NCBI RefSeq assembly: GCF_006345805.1
Contig: NW_021832224.1
Location: forward strand, 186,001 to 250,000
DNA from: Octopus sinensis
Lineage: Eukaryota
Reading direction: 5' to 3'
Length of the DNA: 64,000 bases
Shown here: piece after piece, positions 23,963 to 37,020 of the stretch
Position numbering within the stretch: the stretch's first letter is position 1
Layout: every line of letters begins with the position of its first letter
The notes under the pieces: generated by a model
Database searches by the model: none
What the model was told of the DNA's origin: nothing
What the model saw: only the letters and a program-made list of their open reading frames with translations
Translations under genes and position numbers: made by a program

Positions 23963-24576
23963 TTATTTAAGAAGCCAATCAACGCCGAAAACCGGAGGAT
24001 TTGTCTAAATAGGTTTAATTAATATTATTAAATTTACCCGGGTCATCTTTCTTTTTATCTAAATATAATTTAAAACTGATAAAAACTAACCATTTTCATT
24101 TCTTTTGCAAATATAATTCTTACAACCCGCATTTGGTTTTACTTCAACATCGTAATCCAAATGTGATAGCATTGCTTCTCTCCAATACTTTTCGTATGAG
24201 TCTGAAATGTCAATGATACCTAAAAATAATTTGAAATAATAAACGAATTGGCTTTATTCTGTAAAATTGATTCCACGGTTGAAAATTCTGGTTCAATTGC
24301 TGGTTCCATTGCGGAGAATACCAATTCTGAAAATTCTGGGTCCATTGCTGATTCCATTGCTGAGAATACGAATTTTGGAAATAATTTAAATCATTCGGCC
24401 CAGTCGGATAACTTTGATTATTGAAATCAAAATATCTAGTCGATTGTGTTTCATTTCGATTATTGTCAGTCGTTTCCCACCCTGGGCAAGATAAATTCAA
24501 ACTCAATACAGGGGCTTTCTTGTTTTACACATGTACATGGAATCCTCTTGCATTTACAATTCTCCTGTTCCGACAT
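23963..24576 (-). CDS. Orphan small spliced gene (about 155 aa, 6 exons): Cys-rich N-terminus, Q/N/W repeats, C-terminal FGVDWLLK
   Basis: Removing five 25-33 nt GT-AG introns gives one open frame from ATG 24576 to TAA 23963. Confidence 0.55.
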
Positions 24577-26559
24577 TAATAATTTTCGTAAAATCGGTAT
24601 TTATAGCCTACGAAAAACCGCGTTTATTTTGCTAACATTGGCAGTTCAAATAACTTTAAAACATCAAGGCTACAACTAGTATATTCGTTTATAGTTTTAA
24701 TCATTCAACTATGTTTTTAACACGCACTCTTTTACCTGCTAACATTTTCGAGTTGGTTCCCATGAAAACTGATCTAAGAATACAAACCAATAGTCCCCAA
24801 AGGATTTAAATTGTCATTGACAAACTGTAAATGTTGTATAAGGTAGGTTTTATAATAGTTAAAATCGTTATTTGTGAGACCTAGTACATGAAAGCCTACA
24901 TTTATAAATCGAGGATTTGATAATCAATATGAAAGTTGACGCTAATCAATAGAACAAGCTGATGTACCACTCATTTAGGGATTTTATCTTGAAGAGATAA
25001 CGAAATAAAGTTTAATCAACAATGAGATTCCAAACTAGACACAATTGGCTTATGTGTTCTAAAATCAGCATGATTTCCCACTCAGATGGAGCCTGTCGGT
25101 TTAAACCGTACAGATTGAATTTCCTAATTTTTTTGGAATCTCTTGTATCGGAAGTTATCTACCCAGACATATTTTTGTTCACATATCTCTAAGCATCAAC
25201 CTGGTGTTCGAGGCTGGCCACAATAAACGCCAAAAAATCTGAACAATTACGATGGACTTTTAGTCCAGTTTTTAAACATTGTTATTTAATTAATAACTTA
25301 AATTAATAATCGATGGTTATTGTGATCGGGTGGACCTCAATTCAGCAGGGCTTTAGCAAGCTGAGGAAAAACTCGAAAGTCCTAGTCGCTAATACTGGAA
25401 AGATTCTGCGGTTGATGGTCGAGAATCACCCCAACTTGAGGAAATGTCCTGCACGAATTTGATAGTCAATAGGTGTGTACCTGGTCAACTTTTTAAAGAC
25501 ATTGAAAAAGATACTGGTGGTTACCGATTCGTTTTGGAATGTAATGGAATATGATCCTTAACGAAAATATGCCAGACAGTTTTCTTTAGAGTCGGCACAA
25601 AGTGGATTGCTGTGACTTTTACGTTTAAGAATACAAAAAACTGAGTACCTAAAGATGCGCAGAAGACGTTCTAAATGACTATTAAATTCGATAATTTCGA
25701 TCCTAACAAATACGGCTGGTTTTGTGTATTTCTAGACGAGCAAGTGTAATTATTTACTTACTCTGATTATTTCTGGTTTATCTATCTTATTTTACAGATA
25801 AATTTGTTATGAGGTAGATTGGGATTAAATTAGCTGTTGATTAGTGACGAATGAATTTGTTAAAAGAGGTAATTGATTTGTTTACAAATACACTAAAGAG
25901 GTATCTGCACATTAATCGTAAATTTAGAGTGAGTATTGTAAAATTCTCTATCTTTTTTACAAGTCTACATTTTGCTTGTCTAGAAAAATCCTTAGTATAT
26001 TTAATTTCCAAAGCATTTTTGAAATTCGATACTCTGAAGAATGTTTGACATATATAAGAACCCATCACAAAAGACAAATCTAGCACATTAAAAGTTCTGC
26101 AATAGGTTTAGGTCTACCAAAATTAAAAAAATAACTTTTTTAAATTATGCGCGTTGCCTATTTCACATAATATCACAAAATAGATAAAATAGAGGTAATC
26201 AATGATTACTAGCAAAAAAACGAAAAATCATTTTGTGCTGAATGCGAGAAAGTTCAGTATAAGATCATGTAGAAAATAGACAAGGTGATTGGTTAAATTT
26301 AAACGTTTACAGTTTACAGAATAAATTAATCAAAAAATAATATTAAGTTTATAAGATATTTTTTGTTCACGTTTTCATATTAAGTTGGAAAATTTGTGCG
26401 GTTTATTTGCTCGTTAAGATGCTCAAGCTCATCATTAGTTGTGTTATTATGACTTCATTATGTAAATTCTATTTTAAATTATTTGATTAAGAATCCAGAT
26501 CGTCCGTGATTTATCTTCTTCGCTTGGAAGAGGAGTTCTCCACAAACTTCCTTTCATTT

Positions 26560-26890
26560 TCTATTTCTGCGTCAAATTAATTGTTCAGCTGTGTTTCCTC
26601 GCCACATGTCAGCTCCGCAAATTGATTAGCAGCAGAGGCGTACTACTCCATATTTGTGTTCAATGGGCATACTCTTTAGCATCCTCTTCAGCGATTGGAT
26701 GTATGTCCTAATTCCTTCTTTAACGGATAACTTATCCATATGACTATTAAAGAACTTTGAGACAACTTCATCCCATGTTAAGACAATTGGAATAATCTTT
26801 ACTTTTGCTTCATAGAAGATCGACAGTTCGTTTGCAAGCAGGTCTTATTTGTAAAATTTTTCCACTTCCACTTGCTTTAAACGATCTTAC
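26560..26890 (-). mobile_element. Second RLE non-LTR family (R4/NeSL-like), C-terminal fragment
   Basis: VEVEK..DLLANELSIFYEAKVKIIPIVLTWD..YIQS motif. Confidence 0.65.
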
Positions 26891-27007
26891 TCTAATATAT
26901 TTAGTTGTCTATTTTTGTAATTTCGTTTATCTCCTGTTCCATATTCTTCTTTCTTTTCTTAGTTAAGAAACATCCCAATATTTCCAATTTTATATTATTT
27001 TATATCT

Positions 27008-27374
27008 GAATGACAATCTTTCCCTTTCGGTACAGCAAGTGCCTCGTCTGGGATTCTACGTGCATCGATTCTTTCTCTCCATCGGCAATCATGCCATCTG
27101 CCACATCCCTTGGGTCCGCTGCGGAAAAGGCTGAGACGGCCAAAATTAAAAAATAACAAGAACTTGGACGCCGCTTTATTTTCGTACCAATCGCTTTGAA
27201 GACATCGGGCGTCGCCGGGCCTCTAACCTCGGCCTTCTTTAGCAACATCGGGAGGAAATTGGCCGACAGGATAAAAGAACCACGCGAGGTTTCGTGGCTA
27301 TTGCAGAGGATATCCATCGTTATTCTCCGTGGCAACACGCATGTGGTACTTTCCGCAGGAGGGTGCGTGCTTTA
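27008..27374 (+). mobile_element. CRE-like RLE retroelement 3' fragment
   Basis: CLVWDSTC..AAEKAETAKIKK*..FVPIA..WLLQRISIVILRGN. Confidence 0.8.
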
Positions 27375-27664
27375 GGCCCCCGGAGTTCCTCTGCCCATTC
27401 CTAACTTAATTTGTTTTCGTGAGATTATAAAAAGTTTGGTTAACTTCAATATAAATTTTTCATATAATTAATAGTTTCTTACAATGATCAAAGACAACTT
27501 TCCCACTTTTCTGGGTTTAATAAATTATTAGCATAATCAATTAAGATGAACTTTTCCAATTTTAAAATTTAACATAAATCAGTTTTAAAGAAAGTTTCTT
27601 GTTAAATTACGTTCTTATTTGAATAATAATAATTCTTCACTTTCGAAGTCGGTGTATTTGTTTC

Positions 27665-29345
27665 GAAAATAAATAGTTTGTTTCAGAATAAATAGTTTTT
27701 TTATCATTTTCAAATTGATTCGGGATATTCCTAACTAATACCATTTTTACCAGATATCTGGATCTGTTTGACTTAATTGGTAACAATTATATATGAATTT
27801 CTACTTCACGGAGTTTAGAATATTGAATATGGTCATCTGAGATTAGAGAAGTCTCTGACTTGTCCGTTGGAGGTGCTCTATAATCAAAGATTTGATGTTC
27901 TAAGACGAGTCGTATTTGTAGATTTTTTTAGAGATAGTTTAATAAAATGTCACTTTATTTTTTAAGCTAAAATGGCGCAACATTGGTTTATGATTATTTG
28001 TTTTAGAATAAGTAGTTTTTTGTCATTTTTAAAATTGATTCTGGAAATTTTTATGATCTGTTTGACTTAATTGGTACTATTTATGCATTTTGACTTCACG
28101 GAGTTTGAAGTATTGAATATACAGTCCGACCTCTAATTGGGGCGCACCTCCAGGGGTGGAGTACCTCTTTTTGGGGAAAACTCTGTTTTGGGGCATTATA
28201 AATTTTTTTAACCAAATTATAAAAAATCAATTAATTTTAACATCTCTATTTGGGGCATTGATTTTTTATTAAATAAAATTAATTATACCAATTTAAAAAA
28301 TAAATATTTTGGTCGGCACGGGGCTTTAAAAGGAGTAAAGATAAAGTTACTCTTCATCTATGCTGTAGTTACACTGGAGAAAAATTTGAACATTAATAAT
28401 CGGAAAATATAGAAATCCTAGATGTTTCAAAAAATTTTCTCCCGAAATTTATGGAATTTTATACTCTTCGTCAAAAATGCGTGGATGACAAGAGACATTT
28501 TTATATCCTGGCTCAAAAAAATTAATGAAAAAATGATTATTCAAAAAAGAAAAATCTTAATGTTATTAGATAACGCTGCTTGCCACAAAATATCGACATT
28601 TAGCAACGTTGATTTTTTATTTTTACCAAAAAATACGACACCAATACTTCAACCATTGGATGCTGGAATCATTAAAAATTTCAAGGATAATTATTTGAAT
28701 TGTCTAATTGATTTTTTATGTTTTCAAAACGACCAGGATTTGTTTATAGAGTTTTTATCCAAATTAAATTTGCGGCAAGTGGTAACAATAATCTCAGATG
28801 CTTGGAATAATGTATCTGCGGATATTATTTATAACTGCTGGCAAAAGGTTTTTCGACAATCTCCATCAGACTCGAGTTGCATAAATGAATCATCTGAAGA
28901 AATATTTAATAATGTTATTGATGAATGTTTTGATGAAATAGAAGATAATGATCCAAATATCTATGAGAATATAAGCTGCGAACCATCAATATCACAAATT
29001 TTAAGTTTGATGGAAAACTTAGAGACAAACATCTTTGATTTGATTCCAGATTCTCTTCATGATTTTTATGAATTCAGAAAGAAAGTGTCGTTAGGAATTA
29101 AAAATAAATATAAATATGGAGAAAAATTAACTGATTATTTTAAAAAATAATGTTCTTTTTCTTTATTTATTGAGCTTTTTGAAAAACCTCTTTTTTGGGG
29201 AAACCTCTGATTTGAGGCACTTAGTGCCTCATTTGGAGGTCGGACTGTTGTTATCTAAATATAGAAGGTCTTTAATTTGTCCATTAGAGGTTCTCTATAA
29301 TTTAGGAGTTTTGGCCTTCGAAGATTTGATGTCTTGAGACAAGAG
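27665..29345. repeat. Diverged ~330-bp tandem duplication; the second copy is split by the pogo element
   Basis: GATCTGTTTGACTTAATTGGTA..ACTTCACGGAGTTT..ATTGAATA occurs near 27761 and 28055; similarity resumes after 29248 (TTGTCC..GAGGT.CTCTATAAT). Confidence 0.75.
28122..29247 (+). mobile_element. pogo/Tigger element lacking the transposase N-terminus; DDE ORF 28422-29150
   Basis: TIRs CAGTCCGACCTC / GAGGTCGGACTG; NAWMT, LLDNAACH and FLPKNTTPILQPLDAGIIKNFK; same subterminal repeat and KLTDYF end as the 6075-7492 family. Confidence 0.9.
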
Positions 29346-29819
29346 TATTTTTTTATTTGTCGTAATTATTTGTGATAATCAAAGAATCTGTTATTTAGTA
29401 TTAATTTTGTTTACCGATTGTTAGATTTTGTAAAAGTAGAGATGGTTTAATAAAATACCGATAAATGTGCAATAGTTAAACTTTACTTGAAAATTAAAAA
29501 CTCTAACGATAAAAGTTTTAAAAACAACAGTTCACCTTATCAGAAAGGAAAAAAACTATCAGTTGATATAACTGAGGAGTCATCGTCCTTACTTGAATAC
29601 TGAGTGGAAATTCAAGTGGAAACATATAGAGAGCTGACTGGTCAATTATGCAGTTGGCTGAGAATTACTTTTACTAGTTAAATTATTAAACTTTTGATTT
29701 TTCAATCTCTGTTGATGTTTCCCTGATTTTAAATTTATAAATATCAAAAATTAATCATTGTATTTATTTTCAAAAATTTTTAAGGTCAATAATAAAAATA
29801 ATTATTTAATAACAGAACA

Positions 29820-30278
29820 ATGAATTCTGATATCAATTCAGATAAATTGGTCAATGAACAATACTTATCTCTCGTTTATCGTTTAGATTGATGAACGCCT
29901 TTATCACAATTATCAAGAAAAAAAACGACGAGATAAAATTCAAAAAAGTTTTCAGAATCTGAATCAAATCATCCCAAATTCAGACAGAAATGTAATTATT
30001 ACGTTTGATGTAAATAGATTTCTAGACGTAATATTTTAAAGGCTTCTAAGCAATACATATCGCTACTATTTGAACGCTCGGATAGCTTGAGAATCAGCAA
30101 CGAATGTATAGAAAATAAGATAAAACATCTTGAAAATATGTTTTTTCGTTCTCCAGATTCAAAATTAGAAAATTTTTGCTTAAATGAGCTAATAAAAATG
30201 AACGAAATGAGGGAGCAATTAAATCAAGGTAATTTTGAATATTCAGTCATTCCAAAGAACATAATTTCGATGAAATAA
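29820..30278 (+). CDS. Divergent Max-like bHLH-leucine zipper factor; exons 29820-29849, 29887-29991, 30018-30278
   Basis: IDERLYHNYQEKKRRDKIQKSFQNLNQIIP..ISRRNILKASKQYI aligns to the Max bHLH with the H-E-R triad intact. Confidence 0.75.
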
Positions 30279-30561
30279 AAAAATGATCTAAAAGTTTATT
30301 ATCTTGATTAATTTTTTGTTAATTTTATTTGTGTATAAGTTCAAGTTTGAATTATTGGCATTTTTTAAATTCCGAAAGAATTACTTATTTCTTAAATCAT
30401 ATTCAATTAGTTTCTTAAGAAATTTTAGTAATAAAAGATTAGAAATATATTTATAAGCTAAAATTTATGTGGAACTGTTATTTATTATTAAAAAGCATTA
30501 CGTTTAAATTTTGTAAGTAGTTTTTATTATGACAAATATTGTTTTTGATTTTTTGTTTCAG

Positions 30562-30840
30562 ACGGTCTTACATACACAGTATGGTTTTACTTTTTATATA
30601 AAATCTTCGCCTATCTTGGTCCAGGTTTTTTGGTCAGCATCGCATACGTCGACCTGGGAAACATTGAATCTGATTTGAGAACAAGAACGTTGGCGGGATA
30701 TAAAGTGGTCCCTATTTTTCAATTTCTAGCTTTTGTGGCTGTTGTTGTTTTCCACCATTTTGGGTCCAGTTTTTCAACGACTGGCTTTCCGTAGGGAGTT
30801 GTCACTGGAAAGGATTTGGCACAGAACTGTCAATTATATT
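30562..30840 (+). pseudogene. NRAMP/SLC11 gene fragment (TM1-TM2) with one 25-nt intron
   Basis: YLGPGFLVSIAYVDLGNIESDL..AGYK|LLWLLL..QRLA..GVVTGKDLA; DPGN changed to DLGN, frameshift, no downstream exons found. Confidence 0.8.
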
Positions 30841-31859
30841 TAAGCACAAAACGTTTAAATCTCATCTAACTATTCTATCTTTCTTTTATACTAACAAACA
30901 AAATGTCAAAAATATAGAATATAATGATTATCAAATAGAAATGAAATTAAAATGATATGGCTGTACGTCCCTATAATCCATATTAAACACAAAGGGGGCG
31001 TCCAATTTTTTTGGCACAACAGGAACTCTCTTGTGAGTGGCGACACCCCAAGATATATTAAAAACACATTCACGTAAATATTTCCTTATATCATCCTCTA
31101 AAACATATTTTTTGAGTATACCCGACGGTCCTTTGGAATAGTCTTCTTGGATTTTGACATAAGGTTCAAAAATCTTTACAGAAATGTTCCATTCTTCCCA
31201 ATTTTGTAAGGAATTTACAAGCCAGCCAGAATTTTTTCGATAAAAATAAAATCGAAACTAATATTAATTATTTTAATAAAATTAATTCTTTATAATGAAA
31301 TAAAAAAATTAATAAAATATACTTGTCGATTTTTACACGATGTGGACTCCTTCGAAATTGCATCAGTGACATATTTCCGTACAGTCTCTTTGAGTTCTGT
31401 GGAAGATATTCGTACCTATAATCTTTAAATTTAATAATAAGAACATAGGAATAATCAAATGATTCACAAAACACTTCTTCATAGCCTAATGCGTCGATTG
31501 TGTATTCATTATCGTTTTTATACTTGAACTATATATTTTAAATAATAATTAGCAGCTTTTCCATATGATCGATGAAAAAGGATTGTATGTACAAGACCTG
31601 TATGAATATGGCATTATTACCTTCGAGGATTTCTTGGAGTTGATTTGAATATGAAATCTACGTTTATTGAAATATTTAACCACATTGAGATCTTCTTTAT
31701 CGGTGCTAATTGACTGCATAACCAAGATTATGAAATATAATTTATTTATAAGTTTTGAATTTTTTGATTTATAAATAATATTGTTAAATAATTTATTATT
31801 TAAATTTTTCTCTTGTCCTTTTATTAATAAATAAATTAAAGATTTAAAAAAAAAATCTT

Positions 31860-33192
31860 ATAATGTTTTTTTCTTTTTTTTGTTTAGTATGTTTTCGATA
31901 GTTTTCAATGCAACTAAGAATTCATTTGAAAAATGTTCGAACCCAATAAAATGTTTTGAAATTGTTGTAGTTATTCACAGCATTTTCCAATCCAATTTTT
32001 AAATTTTCAGTATCTTCATTTTTGGTATTTTTTTTCATTTCACATTCCGCCAAGTTTTCGTCATTGTAAAGAATGCTGTCGTCAATAAGCTTTTATTTTT
32101 AAGTCGAGCTCTAGGATTATTGATCAGCTACATCAATAATGTTTAGTTCATTTAGTAATTCTTTGAATCCCTCGATTTTGCAAAAAAATCACCAATAATT
32201 TCACTCGTAAGGCCTGTTTTATTCCCGCAATTGTTGATAGTCTTCGAAGAAATGTTACTTCAAGCACATGATATAAAAATTACTGTATCTTTTATCTTAA
32301 TCTGTTTAAATAGCGATTCTGCATGTGTTTGGGAATCAATTTTGTCCACAACATAAGAGAGTTAGTAATGGTAATATTGAGACTTAAAGCACTTGATTAT
32401 TCCTGCGTCAATGGTTTTAATCTTGTTGAGTTTTTTGAAATTTTATAAAAGAGTGCGGTCTCATCACAGCTAAATATGTCTGAAGGTTTTTATGAAATAA
32501 ATTTTTATTGACAATATAAAATAAAATCATCATAGTTACAATCTTTTTTACAAATCCTTTGTCATTATATACTCTCATATGAATATTTTGACGTTTTATT
32601 AATTTCGACGCCCAGCCATTAGATGCTTTAAATACATCAATTTCATTTGAGTTAGAACACACATTTCCATTTTCGTATAATTACTTTGCTTTTTCCTGGA
32701 GGATTGCATCATTATAAAAGCCAACACCGGCTTTAATTATATCGACCCATTTCTTTAACGCAGAGTCAATAGTTTTGAATTTCAAATTTCTTGGTATATA
32801 ATTCAAATTTTCATTTAGAGGAAAAGCTTTTTTAGCTCTATTTTAGCTCTAAGATAATTTTTAATAGATCGACATTTGATTTCCTTCTTGAATAGCAAGG
32901 AAAATATTTTGGAAACTCTAGTATACATGTTTGTTTTTTGCAGTATTCAATAATAGCGATTTTTTCTTTTAAATTCAGAGATTAAGAGCAATTGTTAATT
33001 ATCGTTTTTCTAATAAAAATAACCTGTATTTTGATAAGCTTACTTATAAAAACACACTTTGCTTGAAAAAGTGGTAAAAATAGAAAAATGGTAAAAAATA
33101 GAAAAACATAAGTGAAAACAGAATTTCAATTTTTTCGGTTAAAAAATGAGAGTGGTAAATCATAGAGGTGGTAAATTAGAGAGGTTTACCTG
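31860..33192 (-). mobile_element. Decayed pogo/Tigger element
   Basis: Minus-strand TA|CAGGTAAACCTCTCTAATTTACC end at 33192; FKASNGWASKLIKRQNI and GIIKCFKSQY remnants; other TIR not found. Confidence 0.7.
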
Positions 33193-33559
33193 TAGTTTCT
33201 TTACTAACATGGTTAATAATTTTAATACTATTTCTTTAATTTACCAATTTTTGAAAATGGTTATTTGTGGTTATATAAATTGCTTTTATTTTTACACAGC
33301 GGGTAATCTAAGCTATTTGTTCTAGGATGCTTAATTAGATATTAATTTTGCATTTCTAAGAACAAAAAAGATGTCAAATGAACTTTTTTTTTTATATATT
33401 TTTAACTTCAAAAGAGAAATCAATATTCTCTTTTGGGTTTATCAATAAAAGTAATTCTTTATTTGAAAGTATTCAATAAAAACGATTATATGTGGTTTAT
33501 AAAAAAATATTTTACATTTTATCCGCAAAATAACTATAAAATTTATTTTACTTCAGAGG

Positions 33560-33970
33560 GAAATATGGAAATAACTCTCTCAGCAGAAGGGTTATTCTTA
33601 TATTTGCAGGATAGAAACTTTTTTAATAGTCAACGGAACAGTGTAACCACTGTAAAAGTAAAGCGATGACCGTTTACCATTTAGCCACCAAGTGCGGGAG
33701 TATGCTGTACCATGATTACACAGAAAGGAATAACGAAATGGTGAGGTCCCTCCTTCCTCTGGTCTCAATAAAAATGGCTTGAGGTGGTCTAGAAAATTGT
33801 GAATCCGTAGAGTTCAATCGCTTTGTAAAAACTCAAAAGTGCGCATTAAAGTGGATATACGCACCTCGACTGTTGTCCATCACAACAAACCCTATATTGT
33901 GGTTCACAATAAGGTCATAGGAGATATCGTTATCGTAGAGGTGGGCATTGTTTGCAAATAGTAGAATTAA
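33560..33970 (+). mobile_element. R4/NeSL-like RLE non-LTR fragment (Zn knuckle plus RLE start)
   Basis: LYLQDRNFF..HCKSK..HLATKCGSMLYHDYTER..HHNKPYIVVHNK..IVEVGI. Confidence 0.7.
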
Positions 33971-35601
33971 GATATTTAGATAAGTCTCTATAGCCTTATA
34001 TGCAGTCAAATTGTTTTCAAGAGGATTCTGGAGAGTATCTCGATTGATGCTTGCCGATCCAGTCTTTTCCTGAAATTTAGTCAGCGAGAAACGCTGGGGA
34101 TAATCATTGCTTTTGCTTTACAGAAAACCGACAGTTTATTTGCAAACAGATTGTATCTGTAAAATTTTGACACTTTAACTTCCTTTAAACGGTCTTATCA
34201 AATAATGCCCACTTCAATTAATAGAATAATTAACTTTCTTTTTCTCTCATAAAAAGTCATTTTTATGTGGATGGCACAAGCAAAATCTTAGTCATCTACA
34301 GCCTCTGGTTTTGCGGTACGCTATTTTTTAGTTGATAAAAAACAATGTCAAGTTTATTGAATTGATCCTTCGAAATTTTGTTCTTTGATACTTCTCTTAA
34401 AAGCTCAGGATCGTCTGCCAATGTCAACCCTCTCCCAATCAAGGTAAAGTTCTAATTTATAAGGGTTGGTAGAATAAACAGTGATCTTCCACGGAAAGTC
34501 GATTCCGGATGAGCAACGTGTTTTATTGGGAGGTTAACAGGAGTAGATATTAAATGGTTTTTTTGCATATATTTTCGAATTAGTAAGTTATTAAAAATCA
34601 AAAAACGCATATAACGACAATCGCAAGTTTCTAATTTTTAAATATGGCTATTAAGTTTCACAAGAGGTATCGATTGAACAAAATTTCACACAAGTCTGTT
34701 TTAAGCAAAAAAATGTTGACTTTTTATGACATTTCTCCTTGTCTTAAACAAGCTAAGATCAGAAATTATAAGAAAATTTTATATTTTAGCAAGCAGCAAC
34801 GACACTTTTTTCAGCTAAAAACCTCATGACTATAGACTTGGAAACTAAATTTGTATCGTTACTAAGGACATTGATGAGCACTCTTGTATAAAAGTGCTCT
34901 TTGTTTATTTAATTGTCATTATCAAGATCTATTATCTCAGAATAAAGAATTCATTGTACAATTGTTTTAGCCAACTATTAAAATATTTTATTTCATTTTT
35001 AACGCCGTATAGTCAGGAGACTGTCGTGTTCTTTCGTCTACATACTATTTAATGTTTATATGTAATTATTATTAATATTATAGCTCTTCTCGTTGAATAA
35101 ATTTAGTTCGGAATATTGTAAAAAGGGAGATATGTTCAGTAATGTAAATTTTCAAATCAATAGATACAAACAGCACTAATTATATTGATAGGTAAAATCT
35201 AAACTTGTCAAAACAAGCACAGAATTTAATAAATTCGATAAAAATGTTTTTAATTCTACACAAAATGAATTTTAAAGTAATGAAATTCAATAAATCAAAT
35301 CAAATTGAGAATTCCCATTCGATTTTGACTGAAAAATTCCCAAAAGACATCAATTTGTTATTTAATTCTCACAAATAACATTTCAAGTCCCAAATCAGTC
35401 AAAAACATTACTTGATGAGAAATGTAAAGACTAAACACTAGACTAATTTTGAATAGATTATTTAACGGTGTTGCTACGCATGAACAATAGCGCCTTTGAA
35501 TCGTTCTTAACTGTCATTGAATCAGACAAATTTCAATTGTTTAACAAATAAGTAAAAGTCGTGAGGTCTTGCATCAAATGGTTAATTAATTATAGATAAA
35601 T

Positions 35602-36645
35602 ATGGACAATCAGGACAATATTGGGGAGAATAAACAAGTTTTAAAGAGAGATAACAATAATATTCCATGTCAATATCTCCAAAATAGTACTTTGGATGTG
35701 TTCCCTTCAAGCTGTGATTTGTATCAGTCAACTGGGACTTTTAATATGATTTATCAGCCAGAGCAAACTCACTTTATTCCTGTCCAAATTGCCCATATTG
35801 ATCCTTCTTCGTGTAAAAATGGACAAAAATACAATTTTGATTTGAAATTTAATGAAAAAACAGAACTAAGTTCTCAAACCAACAATACAACTCCAATTTC
35901 GAAATATCCAGATTCAGAAACCAACGATAACTCCAAAGAAAGAGTAAAAAGACCCATGAATGCCTTCATGGTGTGGTCCAGAGGTCAAAGAAGGAAGATT
36001 TCTCAGGAAAATCCAAAAATGCACAATTCGGAGATCTCCAAACAACTGGGGACTCAATGGAAGCATTTATCCGAGACTGAGAAACGACCTTTCATAGATG
36101 AGGCCAAAAGACTTCGTTCAATCCACATGAGAGAGCATCCTGACTATAAATACCGTCCAAGAAGGAAAAGTAAAGTCAGGGACAAAAAAGACAACTTTAT
36201 AAATGACTTAATGAACCCAAAACCTGTCATACAAACAGAAAATTCGAATTTATATTATTTTCCAAGTTCCTATCCTTCTGAGGGTTATTCAGAGATGTTT
36301 TTTCATTCGAATAATCAGAATTACACAACTGAATATAATCCACATAGAAGTCAGTTTGGAGTCGGTCCTTTCGACCCGGGTCCGTGTTATAAGTCACTAT
36401 TCCACTGCCACCCAGCAATGAGTCAATATGAGACAGGGAATACTACTTCTTATGGCATGTTTCTGCCACCTTCATATTCGTTGGTTGGCCTTACTGAAAA
36501 TTCTGATCAAAAAAGTGGACAAAAATTGAATAAGTTTTATCAAAACACGCATGGACAGGAAGAGATAGTAAATTATGGAATTAACAAATCAAAGGATAAT
36601 GAGCCTGATTCAGCAGCGTTCGATCGAATGTATAATCAAGTATGA
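35602..36645 (+). CDS. Intronless SoxB-group HMG-box transcription factor, 347 aa
   Basis: [58 protein letters not shown] is the SoxB HMG signature. Confidence 0.95.
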   Translation: MDNQDNIGENKQVLKRDNNNIPCQYLQNSTLDVFPSSCDLYQSTGTFNMIYQPEQTHFIPVQIAHIDPSSCKNGQKYNFDLKFNEKTELSSQTNNTTPISKYPDSETNDNSKERVKRPMNAFMVWSRGQRRKISQENPKMHNSEISKQLGTQWKHLSETEKRPFIDEAKRLRSIHMREHPDYKYRPRRKSKVRDKKDNFINDLMNPKPVIQTENSNLYYFPSSYPSEGYSEMFFHSNNQNYTTEYNPHRSQFGVGPFDPGPCYKSLFHCHPAMSQYETGNTTSYGMFLPPSYSLVGLTENSDQKSGQKLNKFYQNTHGQEEIVNYGINKSKDNEPDSAAFDRMYNQV

Positions 36646-36902
36646 ATATATGTATAATTATATTTGTTAGAATCAAGACCATCATTAGTTTATTTGAATT
36701 TTAGCTCTTAATATTGCCAAATGTTGTTTGTAATTAATCTTTTGTTGGTAGAGTATTTTTAGTTTCTGATTGAGAAATCTTTAAAGTTGATTTAAATTGA
36801 CTTAATATTTATAATAGAATATTTTTAAAAACTTTATTTTTTTAAACATAGAAAGTACATGTATAAAATAATAATCAGTTTTTTTGTTTAATTAAGCAGT
36901 AT

Positions 36903-37020
36903 TTAATTAGCAGCAGAGGATAAGATGGAATGGCAATTCCAACGCAAGATGGCTATTGATATGCGTTGGAAAAGCCATGTCCGTTCCCGATGATCATTTC
37001 TCCTTCTGCTTGCCAGGTCC
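36903..37020 (-). mobile_element. CRE-like RLE retroelement extreme 3' fragment
   Basis: NDHRERTWLFQRISIAILRWNCHSILSSAAN*. Confidence 0.7.

Noticed and set aside
34877-34900. GAGCACT..AGTGCTC hairpin after TTGATGA as a possible hammerhead ribozyme
   Set aside because: No GAAA core or remaining stems; a 7-bp stem can occur by chance
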